Virus record (IMG/VR): IMGVR_UViG_3300047560_000604
Location: 69,467 to 133,466 of that record
Reading direction: 5' to 3' (one strand)
Length of the DNA: 64,000 nt
From: a virus
Below are positions 1 through 9,100 of this stretch, one piece after another; within the stretch, counting starts at the first letter, position 1; each line of letters opens with the position of its first letter. The notes under the pieces were generated by a model. That model saw only the letters and a program-made list of their open reading frames with translations. It was not told the DNA's origin and searched no databases. Both the position numbers and the translations under genes were made by a program.

Positions 1-665
1 TTATTACCGTACATGACCGTATAGCCAGGAACATACGTTTTACTTTGATCCCAATCTCCTAGATAGTTTTCTTGTTCTAACGGTGCAGAAAGGATGTTAC
101 TGAATTCTTGACTATCTACTAATGGCTCACACTTGATACGCCACAAGTGCGGGTACCATGTTTGACTGAAACCCTCACTCGCAAAGTTAGCGTCAGTGAT
201 TTGATAGTATCTACGAAGTCCTACTGGAATCTTATCATTCAATGGATGATAGTCAGTTAAGTGAGGTAACTCAAATACGTCACCAACCATCAATTTTCTA
301 CCTATCAATTCTATCATTTCATTATAATGAACAGTGACGAAAATAATGTCATTGTTTAAGAATAGACCAAACTGACTTAGGTCAAAGTCTAAATTTTGTA
401 CGTTATAATGCCCACGGATTCTATAGATGGAAGTGTCGTATTTTCTATCTCTGTTTTCCAAGAATAATATGTCTTGGATGTTTGTTGGGTCTAAACTGTC
501 ATAGACGGGTAATGTCTTGTCCTTAGTTCCAGTTGGGTTGTTTACACCGACGTATTTGTGAATGTACAAATCGGTTCCACCGACGGAAAACAATTCCTTG
601 ATGTTTCTATCTAAGAATTTGTAATCGTTTGTCTTTTCGGAACGATATAATGAGAGTCTTGCCAT
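1..665 (-). CDS. Probable neck/head-closure protein (T4 gp14-like), 3' end outside the window
   Basis: Not in the ORF track (no stop in window). Manual translation from ATG at 665: MARLSLYRSEKTNDYKFLDRNIKELFSVGGTDLYIHKYVGV...VPGYTVMYGN, open at both ends checked. TAAATA late motif on - strand at 687-692. Product is recalled family resemblance only. Confidence 0.55.
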   Translation of the reverse strand, partial: MARLSLYRSEKTNDYKFLDRNIKELFSVGGTDLYIHKYVGVNNPTGTKDKTLPVYDSLDPTNIQDILFLENRDRKYDTSIYRIRGHYNVQNLDFDLSQFGLFLNNDIIFVTVHYNEMIELIGRKLMVGDVFELPHLTDYHPLNDKIPVGLRRYYQITDANFASEGFSQTWYPHLWRIKCEPLVDSQEFSNILSAPLEQENYLGDWDQSKTYVPGYTVMYGN

Positions 666-717
666 ATTTAAATCCGTTTTATCTAGTATTTAGTACAAAA
701 GTTTTACCTTTCATCTA

Positions 718-746
718 TTGACAATAAATGGGTTATGTTATATAAT
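718..746 (+). promoter_or_regulatory. Consensus sigma70-type (early) promoter
   Basis: TTGACA (718-723), 17 nt, TATAAT (741-746); AGGAGA RBS at 760-765 before ATG 770. Confidence 0.9.
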
Positions 747-769
747 AATGACTGTTAATAGGAGAAAAC

Positions 770-1957
770 ATGGCCACACGTAAACCGAAGCGCACAGACG
801 ATCACTTTGTAAAAGCACTGAATCCACGTGACGCAGACACTAAGTATTTGGGTGAAGAACCCTTCTTCCCATTGCAACCAGACAGCGACCAGCGCACAGT
901 TGCGTTGACCCGAGGCTTTACTTGGTATAATCGTTTCTATGGCAAGAAGGATGCCCGTGAGCTTTTGTGTCAATATCTTGACCATTACAATCGCACTGAC
1001 GAAGCAAAAGCCTTACGTAAACTCCCTGAATCTGAATTTTTGATGACATTGTGCTGGTTGGCACGTATGAATTTGCGAGGTCTTGAGTTGACTGAGCATG
1101 AGGAACTGACATTAGAAAACGAAATTTCACGACTGCATGTAGCATTGGCAAAGCCCGAAATTACAGTAAGCCAAACTGCGGGCGAACAAAAGACAGAGCC
1201 TGAAGTTACACGTCCTAACATTCAAGAAATCATGCGTGACAAAGCACGTGAAGCCGCCGGTGAACTTGAGGGTATGTTCGATGAATTCATTTTAGAGGGT
1301 GCAAAAGCATCTACTAAGTTGAAGCCAATGGATGAAGTTGCTAAGAAAAACGTTCTGCCCGGACATATCAGTATGCTAACTGATGTGTGGAAGAAAAAGC
1401 AACGTGAGTTTGAGGAAGTGTTAGAAGCCAAAGATAGCCAATTAGTTCAAGCATATCAACACTTGACTAAGACACAAATTAAGAATATACTTAAGTTTAT
1501 TGATGTTGTGATCGGTGACTTGAACGCATACGTTTCAGTCAAGAAAGCCTCAAAAGCACCACGTAAGCATAAGCCTGTACCAGTTGAGAAGATTGTTAAG
1601 AATCTCAAGTACTTGAAGGAATTCAAAGATGCAGTCAACAAAATTGATTTGGTATCAGTACACCCAACAAAACTTCATGGTGCAAGCGAGGCGTGGGTCT
1701 ACGATACTGCCAAACGAAAACTACATCACTACATTGCGGATGAGTACTCAAAATCGTTCACAGTTAAAGGTAACACTATCTTGGGTTTTGATACAAATGC
1801 TTCCGAAATTAAAACTCTACGTAAGCCCGGAGAACAAATTAAAGAGGTTATGGGTAGTAAGCCAGCCGCACGTAAGTATTTCAAAGACATTAAAGCGGTC
1901 GCTACAACACCTAATGGACGATTCAACGAAAATATGCTAATCCTGCGATGCTTTTGA
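770..1957 (+). CDS. Hypothetical protein (395 aa)
   Basis: Long ORF with promoter and strong RBS; no recognisable catalytic motif. Confidence 0.85.
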   Translation: MATRKPKRTDDHFVKALNPRDADTKYLGEEPFFPLQPDSDQRTVALTRGFTWYNRFYGKKDARELLCQYLDHYNRTDEAKALRKLPESEFLMTLCWLARMNLRGLELTEHEELTLENEISRLHVALAKPEITVSQTAGEQKTEPEVTRPNIQEIMRDKAREAAGELEGMFDEFILEGAKASTKLKPMDEVAKKNVLPGHISMLTDVWKKKQREFEEVLEAKDSQLVQAYQHLTKTQIKNILKFIDVVIGDLNAYVSVKKASKAPRKHKPVPVEKIVKNLKYLKEFKDAVNKIDLVSVHPTKLHGASEAWVYDTAKRKLHHYIADEYSKSFTVKGNTILGFDTNASEIKTLRKPGEQIKEVMGSKPAARKYFKDIKAVATTPNGRFNENMLILRCF

Positions 1958-2563
1958 TTTGTGTGGTCCTCTAGGACCCCTCATCTTAGCTAGAGATTCT
2001 TCACTATGCTTGAATTTACCCTTCATCGGTGAGGGTCCTCTTTTAGGGCTAATTCGTTTAACTTTGAGAGGACCTCTTGGTCCTCTCATATTAGCTTTAT
2101 GTTCCTCAGAGAGATTTTTTCCTAGCTTAGATTCACTAATTTTTTTTCGCCATTCCTCATCAAATACCCTTCCGGTTAGTTTTTCACTGAGCAACTTCTT
2201 ACTTTCTTCACTGCGCTTTTTACCTTTATTGAGTTGTTTTCCAAAGTGTCCGTTTTTAGAACCAGTGCAACCTGCATGTCCAACTGGAGCTCCGGCACTA
2301 CCGTTTTCTTCAATCAAGTTAGCCCAGAGAGCCGAGGTTACAATATTGTTATCTTTTGAGAATTTTAATGCAAATGGAGTACATTCTTCTAATGTTTGAA
2401 ATTCCCAAACCTTTAGAGTTTTTACATACTCAGTTCCGTGTTTCTTGATATGCTGTTGCCAGTATTTACCCGAACCGTGATATCGGTTAACATTACGAGT
2501 GGTTTTGCCAAAATATTTTAATTTGGTTTTAGTATGAATCTTGATATACAAGTAAATAGTCAT
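1937..2563 (-). CDS. Free-standing homing endonuclease, GIY-YIG-like N-terminus with NUMOD3-type DNA-binding repeats
   Basis: MTIYLYIKIHTKTKLKYFGKT...YHGSGKYW nuclease-like start; basic repeats (SEESKKLLSE, EEWRKKISESKLGK, SEEHKANM, HSEESLAKM). Start moved from 2641 to ATG 2563 because of an AAGGAG RBS. Confidence 0.75.
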   Translation of the reverse strand: MTIYLYIKIHTKTKLKYFGKTTRNVNRYHGSGKYWQQHIKKHGTEYVKTLKVWEFQTLEECTPFALKFSKDNNIVTSALWANLIEENGSAGAPVGHAGCTGSKNGHFGKQLNKGKKRSEESKKLLSEKLTGRVFDEEWRKKISESKLGKNLSEEHKANMRGPRGPLKVKRISPKRGPSPMKGKFKHSEESLAKMRGPRGPHKSKASQD

Positions 2564-2634
2564 GCTGATGCTCCTTTTCAAAATGACAGCATTAGAGTCC
2601 CTGGGTTTGTGGTGAACCGCGAGGGACATTTTTG

Positions 2635-2663
2635 TTGACACAATAATCTATGTGTGCTATACT
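2635..2663 (+). promoter_or_regulatory. sigma70-type promoter
   Basis: TTGACA (2635-2640), 17 nt, TATACT (2658-2663). Confidence 0.85.
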
Positions 2664-2670
2664 TATTTAT
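2664..2670 (-). promoter_or_regulatory. T4-like late promoter motif for the endonuclease gene
   Basis: ATAAATA on - strand, ~100 nt upstream of ATG 2563, abutting the -10 of the divergent promoter. Confidence 0.55.
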
Positions 2671-2696
2671 CTAAACATGATTATTTTAAAGGCTTT

Positions 2697-2927
2697 ATGA
2701 ACGAACGAATTCAAAAACTTAAACAACAGGCTATAGACTATGCGTGGAATCTTCGTAATGAAGGCAACTCGGCAAGTTTAGACAACCTCTTCCAAGAAAA
2801 GTTCGCCGAGTTGCTTGTGCAGGAATGTGCTAAGATTGTAGAGGACAGCACATGGAACCTTCCGCATGGATATAAGGCAGTGGATCAGGCTAACTTGGTT
2901 AAGAAACATTTCGGAGTTGAAGAATGA
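2697..2927 (+). CDS. Small hypothetical protein (MNERIQ...KHFGVEE)
   Basis: Track ORF 2652-2927; start moved to ATG 2697 (AAAGG RBS; 2652 lies inside the promoter). Confidence 0.75.
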   Translation: MNERIQKLKQQAIDYAWNLRNEGNSASLDNLFQEKFAELLVQECAKIVEDSTWNLPHGYKAVDQANLVKKHFGVEE

Positions 2928-3089
2928 ATGAGGAAGATGAAATCAAACTGTTAGAAGGTCGAGTTAAAAATCTATTGATTCTTAATGAATCTTTAGAAAG
3001 AGGCATTGCTCGGCGTGATGAACGGATTGAAACATTGGAATCATTATTGGCAAAATATAATCCAAAACATTTCGGAGTTGAAGAATGAA
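2904..3089 (+). repeat. Two identical 25-bp direct repeats at gene junctions (2904-2928, 3065-3089)
   Basis: AAACATTTCGGAGTTGAAGAATGAA in both copies; encodes KHFGVEE-stop, a GGAG RBS and the ATGA overlap with the next gene. Confidence 0.95.
2924..3088 (+). CDS. Small coiled-coil-like hypothetical protein (54 aa)
   Basis: Below track cut-off: MNEEDEIKLLEGRVKNLLILNESLERGIARRDERIETLESLLAKYNPKHFGVEE; ATGA overlaps at both ends. Confidence 0.8.
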   Translation: MNEEDEIKLLEGRVKNLLILNESLERGIARRDERIETLESLLAKYNPKHFGVEE

Positions 3090-3327
3090 AATTTTAGGTG
3101 TACGCTGGTTCGCAGGTAGAAACTGCATCGGCATTGTGCAATACATCGAGGATGAGGAAGTGTCACTATATCGTCAAACAGGTGACGCCGATTACAAATA
3201 CTACATTGGTATGGGTAAAGGACATGACGAAAAAGAAGATATGCAAACCATCGCTGATTGGGGCAGTACTTTTGACAAGGCTGCAGGCGATGTGTTATTT
3301 AAAGTTTATAAAGGAGAACCCATATGA
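3085..3327 (+). CDS. Hypothetical protein (80 aa)
   Basis: ATGA-coupled to both neighbours; GGAG RBS. Confidence 0.75.
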   Translation: MKILGVRWFAGRNCIGIVQYIEDEEVSLYRQTGDADYKYYIGMGKGHDEKEDMQTIADWGSTFDKAAGDVLFKVYKGEPI

Positions 3328-3731
3328 GTAAAATTGATTTAAACAAGTATCAGGACTTTGTCCAAGCAGTTACTAGTCAGCCAAGTAATGACCTAGAAAC
3401 ATTGATTACCCGAATGCGTGAAGTAGAAGCACAGGGTGTTAATGTGTCATTATTATTAACCGGGGGAATTGGTCTAGCAAGTGAAGGTGGTGAGTTTAAC
3501 GAAATCGTCAAAAAGATTTTGTTCCAAGGCAAGCCATTCAATGAAGAAAATCGCTTTCACATGAAGCGTGAGTTGGGTGACATTGGTTGGTACTGGATCA
3601 ACAGTTGCCGAGCATTGAACTATGACCCCAATGAAGTCTTGCTAGAGAACGTTTCTAAGCTAGAAGCACGTTATCCTGGTGGCAGTTTTGATGCCCACTA
3701 TTCAGAGAATCGCAAAGAAGGCGATCTATAA
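3324..3731 (+). CDS. mazG: MazG-like NTP pyrophosphohydrolase
   Basis: SEGGEFNEIVKK and ELGDIGWY acidic metal-binding helices typical of MazG/all-alpha NTP-PPases. Confidence 0.85.
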   Translation: MSKIDLNKYQDFVQAVTSQPSNDLETLITRMREVEAQGVNVSLLLTGGIGLASEGGEFNEIVKKILFQGKPFNEENRFHMKRELGDIGWYWINSCRALNYDPNEVLLENVSKLEARYPGGSFDAHYSENRKEGDL

Positions 3732-3739
3732 TATAAATC

Positions 3740-4170
3740 CCCGCATTGTAGCGTAATTTTTAACGCACCAATGCGGGTTAAGTAATAGATTATTGGTTTA
3801 TAGGTGTCCCGCTACCTCAAAATGTGGCGATATCCCGTCCTCATTGTGGTGCGACGGTAGTAGTGAGACCAACACAAATTTATGGGACTACCCTTTGATG
3901 CTTAAACGTCTACCCTCTGCGTAGAAACGTTTCCCATATCTTAATAGTTGAAAGTTTGCCGGGTCATAGTAATTGCGATAGAGGGCCCGGGCTGTGTGTA
4001 GAATCCTGATGAATATACCTACACTTTAACAGCGAATACGGAAAAGTCCCTTCATGGGTTAGTGAGACATAGACAATCCTCCACTGTAATCTTTTAATTC
4101 ATCATCGCCTCAGTTCCTCAAGAATGTTTTTTGGCTTGTAGATTTTATATCTACTCGCCATTGCCTAAGA
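3740..4170. ncRNA. Candidate large structured non-coding RNA (family unknown)
   Basis: ~530-nt gap with no ORF >=60 aa and many helices: CCCGCATTG/CAATGCGGG, TTGGTTT/AGACCAA, CCGTC/GACGG, TCTAC/GTAGA, ATGGGA/TCCCAT, CCGGG/CCCGG, GTGTAG/CTACAC, long-range GGGACT/AGTCCC. Confidence 0.5.
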
Positions 4171-4237
4171 ATATCAATAACAGATACCAGCAAATAACCC
4201 ACAGAAATCCCGAATACAAAACCCATAGACATTTCCG

Positions 4238-4244
4238 ATAAATA
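4238..4244 (+). promoter_or_regulatory. T4-like late promoter motif
   Basis: ATAAATA upstream of GGAG RBS and ATG 4266. Confidence 0.7.
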
Positions 4245-4265
4245 ATATATCCGGAGATATTACAT

Positions 4266-5021
4266 ATGGCTAGTTTAGACGAATTGAAAGAAGATTTATT
4301 TGCGGGTTTAAGACTACGATTAGGCGATGGTATCGTTGATGTAGAATTAGATCCAGCGCATTACGAAGTGGCATACAGATATGCTATCAGAACATACCGC
4401 CAAAGAGCACAAAACGCTACCACTGAATCCTACACATTATTGACAATGCACAAGGATCAAAATTCATATACTTTGCCTAGCGAATTTATCAATGTACGTC
4501 AAATATTTCGTAGAACTATCGGTCTTGACACAGGGCCAAGTTCTAGTTCATTTGACCCGTTCTCTAGTGCTATCCTAAACACATATTTGTTAAATTACAA
4601 CTATGCAGGTGGTCTAGCAACTTATGATTTCTACGCAGGTTACATTGAATTGGCTGCACGTATGTTCGGCGGCTACGTAATCTATACATTCAATCCGGTG
4701 ACTAAAGAGATTAAACTTGTTCGTAACCCTAAAGGTGATGGTGAACAAGTTTTAATATGGGCGGACATCCAACGCCCGGAAATTGAACTATTACAAGATC
4801 CATACGCTGGAGTTTGGATCGGTGACTGGACACTTGCGACTTTAAAGAACACTTTGGGTGAAGCACGTGAAAAGTTTGCTAGTATTGCAGGCCCGGGTGG
4901 CGGCACCACGTTAAATGGAGCAGCATTGAAGGGCGAAGCTAAAGCAATGCAAGAACAATTGATTGATGAATTGAAGCGTTATGTAGATGGTTCACAACCA
5001 TTAACTTGGATCATTGGTTAA
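4266..5021 (+). CDS. gp13: Neck protein / head-tail adaptor (T4 gp13-like)
   Basis: LRLGDGIVDVELDPAHYE start and GPGGGTTLNGAALK..A..E..L end match the recalled gp13 pattern; late promoter. Confidence 0.7.
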   Translation: MASLDELKEDLFAGLRLRLGDGIVDVELDPAHYEVAYRYAIRTYRQRAQNATTESYTLLTMHKDQNSYTLPSEFINVRQIFRRTIGLDTGPSSSSFDPFSSAILNTYLLNYNYAGGLATYDFYAGYIELAARMFGGYVIYTFNPVTKEIKLVRNPKGDGEQVLIWADIQRPEIELLQDPYAGVWIGDWTLATLKNTLGEAREKFASIAGPGGGTTLNGAALKGEAKAMQEQLIDELKRYVDGSQPLTWIIG

Positions 5022-5084
5022 TGAGAGCAACTGTCTGGGAAAATAGAAAATAACGGGTAGACTTTCATGCAACTAAGTAGTTGT

Positions 5085-5747
5085 ATGATTCTAGGCGTAA
5101 CAGGACTGATAGGCTCCGGAAAAGACACTATCGCAGATTATTTGGTTACTGAGCATGGCTTCAAGCGAGTTTCATTCGCAGCCAGCTTAAAAGATGCTGT
5201 AGCAGCCGTATTTGGTTGGGACAGAGAAATGTTAGAAGGCACATCTAAACAAAGTCGTCAATGGCGTGAAGAAGTTGACACTTGGTGGGCTACTAGATTA
5301 AACATGCCTCAGTTGACACCAAGATGGGTATTGCAGAATTGGGGAACGGACGTTCTTAGAAACAATTTTCATACTGATATATGGGTTGCATCATTTGAAA
5401 ACAAACTTAGACAGACTGAGGATAATGTTGTTATCACTGATTGCCGTTTCGGTAACGAAGTAGACGCCATTAAAAACGCAGGTGGTACAACTTGTAGAGT
5501 ATTCAGGGGTCAGCATCCCGACTGGTATCAGGCAGCAATTGACTACAACAGAGGGCCTAACGGAAATGAAGTCTGGGCATTGAGTAAATTGAAACTAGAC
5601 AGAGCAAACGTTCATGCTAGTGAATATAGCTCAGTAGGATTGAAGTATGACCACTTTGTTCAGAATGACGGCACGATAGATGAGTTACATGTACAAGTCA
5701 ATCGACTTCTAAATCTCCCCGGCGCCAAGTTACATTCTTTCGTTTAA
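5085..5747 (+). CDS. Deoxynucleoside monophosphate kinase (T4 gp1-like)
   Basis: MILGVTGLIGSGKDT P-loop, SFAASLKD, TPRWVLQNWGTD, ITDCRFGNE; start set at ATG 5085. Confidence 0.85.
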   Translation: MILGVTGLIGSGKDTIADYLVTEHGFKRVSFAASLKDAVAAVFGWDREMLEGTSKQSRQWREEVDTWWATRLNMPQLTPRWVLQNWGTDVLRNNFHTDIWVASFENKLRQTEDNVVITDCRFGNEVDAIKNAGGTTCRVFRGQHPDWYQAAIDYNRGPNGNEVWALSKLKLDRANVHASEYSSVGLKYDHFVQNDGTIDELHVQVNRLLNLPGAKLHSFV

Positions 5748-6042
5748 CAACCTCAACACAGTTTAAACATATTGTCCTGAGATTCACATACTCATTGTTC
5801 TCTAAGTTCCCGTCTACATTATAGACCATCATTTGAGTAGGGAACAAACTCTTAAACCCACATATATCACATGTGGGTTTTTTCTTGTATCCCGCAGCTT
5901 GCCAACTAGGAACTCTTGGCTTAGACCTTTTTTGCTTTTTACTTCCACAATCATCACATATCCTACGATAGTATGTTTTTCCGTTGCGCTTGTAATTAAC
6001 AGCACAGAAGTTTTTGTTGCATTCTTTGCATATAGGTCTCAT
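5698..6042 (-). CDS. Zn-finger / HNH-like protein
   Basis: CxxC pairs (CKEC, CDDC, CDIC, CLNC) and VDGNLENN...NLRTIC HNH-like segment; ATG 6042, 4 nt after a TAAATA motif. Confidence 0.6.
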   Translation of the reverse strand: MRPICKECNKNFCAVNYKRNGKTYYRRICDDCGSKKQKRSKPRVPSWQAAGYKKKPTCDICGFKSLFPTQMMVYNVDGNLENNEYVNLRTICLNCVEVVKRKNVTWRRGDLEVD

Positions 6043-6105
6043 CAAGTATTTAATCTATAAAAACCTTTAAAGGCATGCTTATTGGTGCTTTTTGTAAATT
6101 TTCGC

Positions 6106-6111
6106 TAAATA
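6106..6111 (+). promoter_or_regulatory. T4-like late promoter motif (sheath)
   Basis: TAAATA ~55 nt upstream of ATG 6165; AAGGA RBS. Confidence 0.55.
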
Positions 6112-6164
6112 TTAATACGAATTAGGGCGTTAACCCTCACAATCATAACATAAAGGAAAACAAA

Positions 6165-9100
6165 ATGGCATTAGTATCACCAGGCGTACAAGTAACGATC
6201 ATCGACCAAAGTCAATATCTACCTGCAGCCTCAAACTCAGTTCCTCTAGTTGTATTAGCAACAGCAACAAATAAAGCTAATGCTGCAGGAACTGGTGTAG
6301 CAGCGGCGACAACCGCAGCAAACGCAAACAAATTATATCAAGTAACAAGTCAACGTGACCTAGTTAACTTGTTTGGTTCACCATTCTTCTACAAGACAAC
6401 TAATGGTACAAGCATTCATGGATATGAATTAAACGAATACGGTCTATTGGCTGCTTATTCATTGTTAGGTGCAACAAATCGTTGCTATATCTTACGTGCT
6501 GATATCGACTTAGGTTCTTTAGTTGGTACATTGAGCCGCCCAGTAGGTGATCCAGAAGACGGTACATACTGGTTGGATACTACCAATACATCTTGGGGTA
6601 TCTATTCATTCAACTTAAGTACAGGTAAGTTCACGCAAGTTGAACCAACTGTAATCACCGACAGTCAGTATATCACTGGTGAATTGTCTGATAACTATCC
6701 AGTAGACAGCTTCGGCATAATTGGCTCATATGCAGTAATTGCTAACCCAATCGGTACTGATGGTGTTTACAATCAAGGTACATTCTTCTACAAGACATAC
6801 GATAACGTATGGGTTAAGGTTGGTTCACCTGATTGGAAGAAAGCTATCCCTGCAGTAACAGGTACAGTTTCATTCCCAAGTTTAAACATCGGTGACAAGT
6901 TTACTATTAACGTCAACGGTGATTTCTCTCGTCAACTTAACATTGATACAGGTTCTATCACTGACGTTAAAGACAGTCTAATGTCATTGGGTATTTCTGA
7001 TTTGAACGTTAGAGTAGTAGACGGTAAGTTGTCTATTGCATACGGTATGCCAGGTTCTGGTAAATATATCGCATTGTCTAATGACGATGGTACTCCATTG
7101 ACTGATATGGGTATTACAGCAGGTACATACTATGCTGCGGAAGTAGTATATGCACCAAGCTCTGGTATGCCATTATGGTCTAGTCAACAACAAAAACCAC
7201 ATCCAACAGGCAGTATCTGGATCAAGACTAGTATTGCAGGTTCAGGTATGGACGTTAAAATGTCTTCATACAGCGCAACAACTGGTACTTGGGTCAGTTC
7301 TACTGTTTCTAAGTATAGCTCAGCCGTTGCTGCCATCGGTGATCTAGATAGTTCAGGTGGTAAGTCAATTCCTACTGGTACATTGTTTGCTCAAGTAGGC
7401 GATGCATCTGGATCTGTAGTTACTCCTGATTTAGGAATTCAACTATACAAGCGTACAGCAACTGGCACAATGGTAAAAACTGGTGCAGTTTCTGATTTTG
7501 TAACATATCCTATCACTGTAGGTAAAGCATTAGTTATCACTGTTACTGTTCCAGGACAAGCAACAACAACTTCTAATTACTACACATTAGTAACTGCAGG
7601 TACAACTGCTGAAAGTTTTGTCACTGAGTGGAACGGTTTAGATATTCCTAACACAGTTGCAACAATCACAACTTCTGGTGCAATTCAACTAGAGCACACA
7701 GCAGGTGGCGACATTTATCTAACAGATATTCCACCAGGAACTTACACACCTGATTCAAATAACACACCTGGTCAAAGTAACGGTTTGTTAGCTGAGATCG
7801 GTTTCTCTGCAACTGACGGCACAATGCAAGTTGGTGCAGTTGTTCCTTTCGTGGCAACTAACGTAACTCAATCAGAGTCTAGCGGTTCAGGCACAGGCGC
7901 AGTATTGACAGTTACTAATCGTGGTACATGGTATGGCTTCTCCGTAACTACTAACGGTTCAGGCTATGTAGTCGATGATACAATTACTATTGACGGTGCT
8001 GATATCGGTGGTGCAAGTGGTGCAAACGACTTAGTATTAACGGTTGAGTCATTATCTCCATTGAAACTTGCTTACTTGTCAGGTACACCTAGAGTAAACT
8101 ACTCAGTTGCGGCAAGTAACTGGGAAATCTTAGACTATGTTGCTAACGAAGGTGCTCCAGCAACTAACCCAGCAAATGGTACAAACTGGTTCTTCTCAAC
8201 AGCAACTCAAGTTGATATCATGGTTAACCAACAAGGTTCATGGAAAGGTTATAAGAACGTAAACTTTGACTCTGATGGTCACCCATCAGCAACAGGTGTT
8301 AACTCTACTGATCCATTAGGACCAATCATCGCAACTACTGCTCCAACAACTCAATCTGATGGAACAGCATTAGTAACTGGTGATTTGTGGTTAGATTCAA
8401 GTGACTTAGAAAACTATCCAAAACTAAGCCGTTGGCAATTAGTTGATGGTGCAGAACAATGGGTTGCAATTGATAACGCTGACCAAACAAGTCAAGCAGG
8501 TATCGTATTTGCTGATGCTCGTTGGGCCAACTCAGGTACAGTTGATCCAGTAAGTGATCCTCTAACAAGTATCACTACATTGTTGACAAGCAACTACTTA
8601 GATTTAGATGCACCTGATCCAGCACTATATCCACAAGGTATGTTGTTGTTTAACACACGCCGTTCAGGTTATAACGTTAAACAGTTCACAACTAATTATT
8701 TCACAGCAGCTAAGTATCCAGATGCTTATCCAGCGAATGATTCAAACCCAGCACACGTGCCAAAACTTCCAGCATACACATATACATGGGTATCTGTAAG
8801 CGGTTTGCAATCTAACGGTGCAGCATACATGGGTCGTAAAGCACAACGTAATTTAGTTGTTCAAGCGATGAAGGCAGCAATTGGTACTAATCAAAGTATC
8901 CGTGAAGAAGATACATTCTTCAACTTGATTTCTGCTCCTAATTACCCAGAGCTACAACCTGATATGGTTACATTGAATAATGACCGTAACAACACAGCTT
9001 ACATCATTGGTGACACCCCATTGCGCTTACCAGATCAAGCAACTGACTTGACTAACTGGGCTACAAACGCAGCAGGTGCAACAAGCACAGGTGAAGCAGG

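Noticed and set aside
1959-2399. 146-aa + strand ORF
   Set aside because: Antisense shadow of the endonuclease gene (Leu/Ser/Phe-rich mirror of Lys/Glu codons).
2566-2630. Hammerhead ribozyme (CTGATG seen)
   Set aside because: Core reads CTGATGC, not CTGATGA, and no GAAA/UH arrangement with three stems is present.
2564-2696. Track starts at 2641(-) and 2652(+)
   Set aside because: Both fall inside the divergent promoter region; downstream ATGs have proper RBSs.
2904-3089. CRISPR array interpretation of the 25-bp repeats
   Set aside because: Only two copies, 136-nt coding spacer, no palindrome, no cas genes. No CRISPR array was seen anywhere in the window.
3740-4170. Group I intron, RNase P or tmRNA identity
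   Set aside because: GACTAC and GGAAAAGTCC echo group I R/S and RNase P words, but no interrupted gene, no proper P7 bulge or P4 partner order, and no tRNA-like ends or tag ORF.
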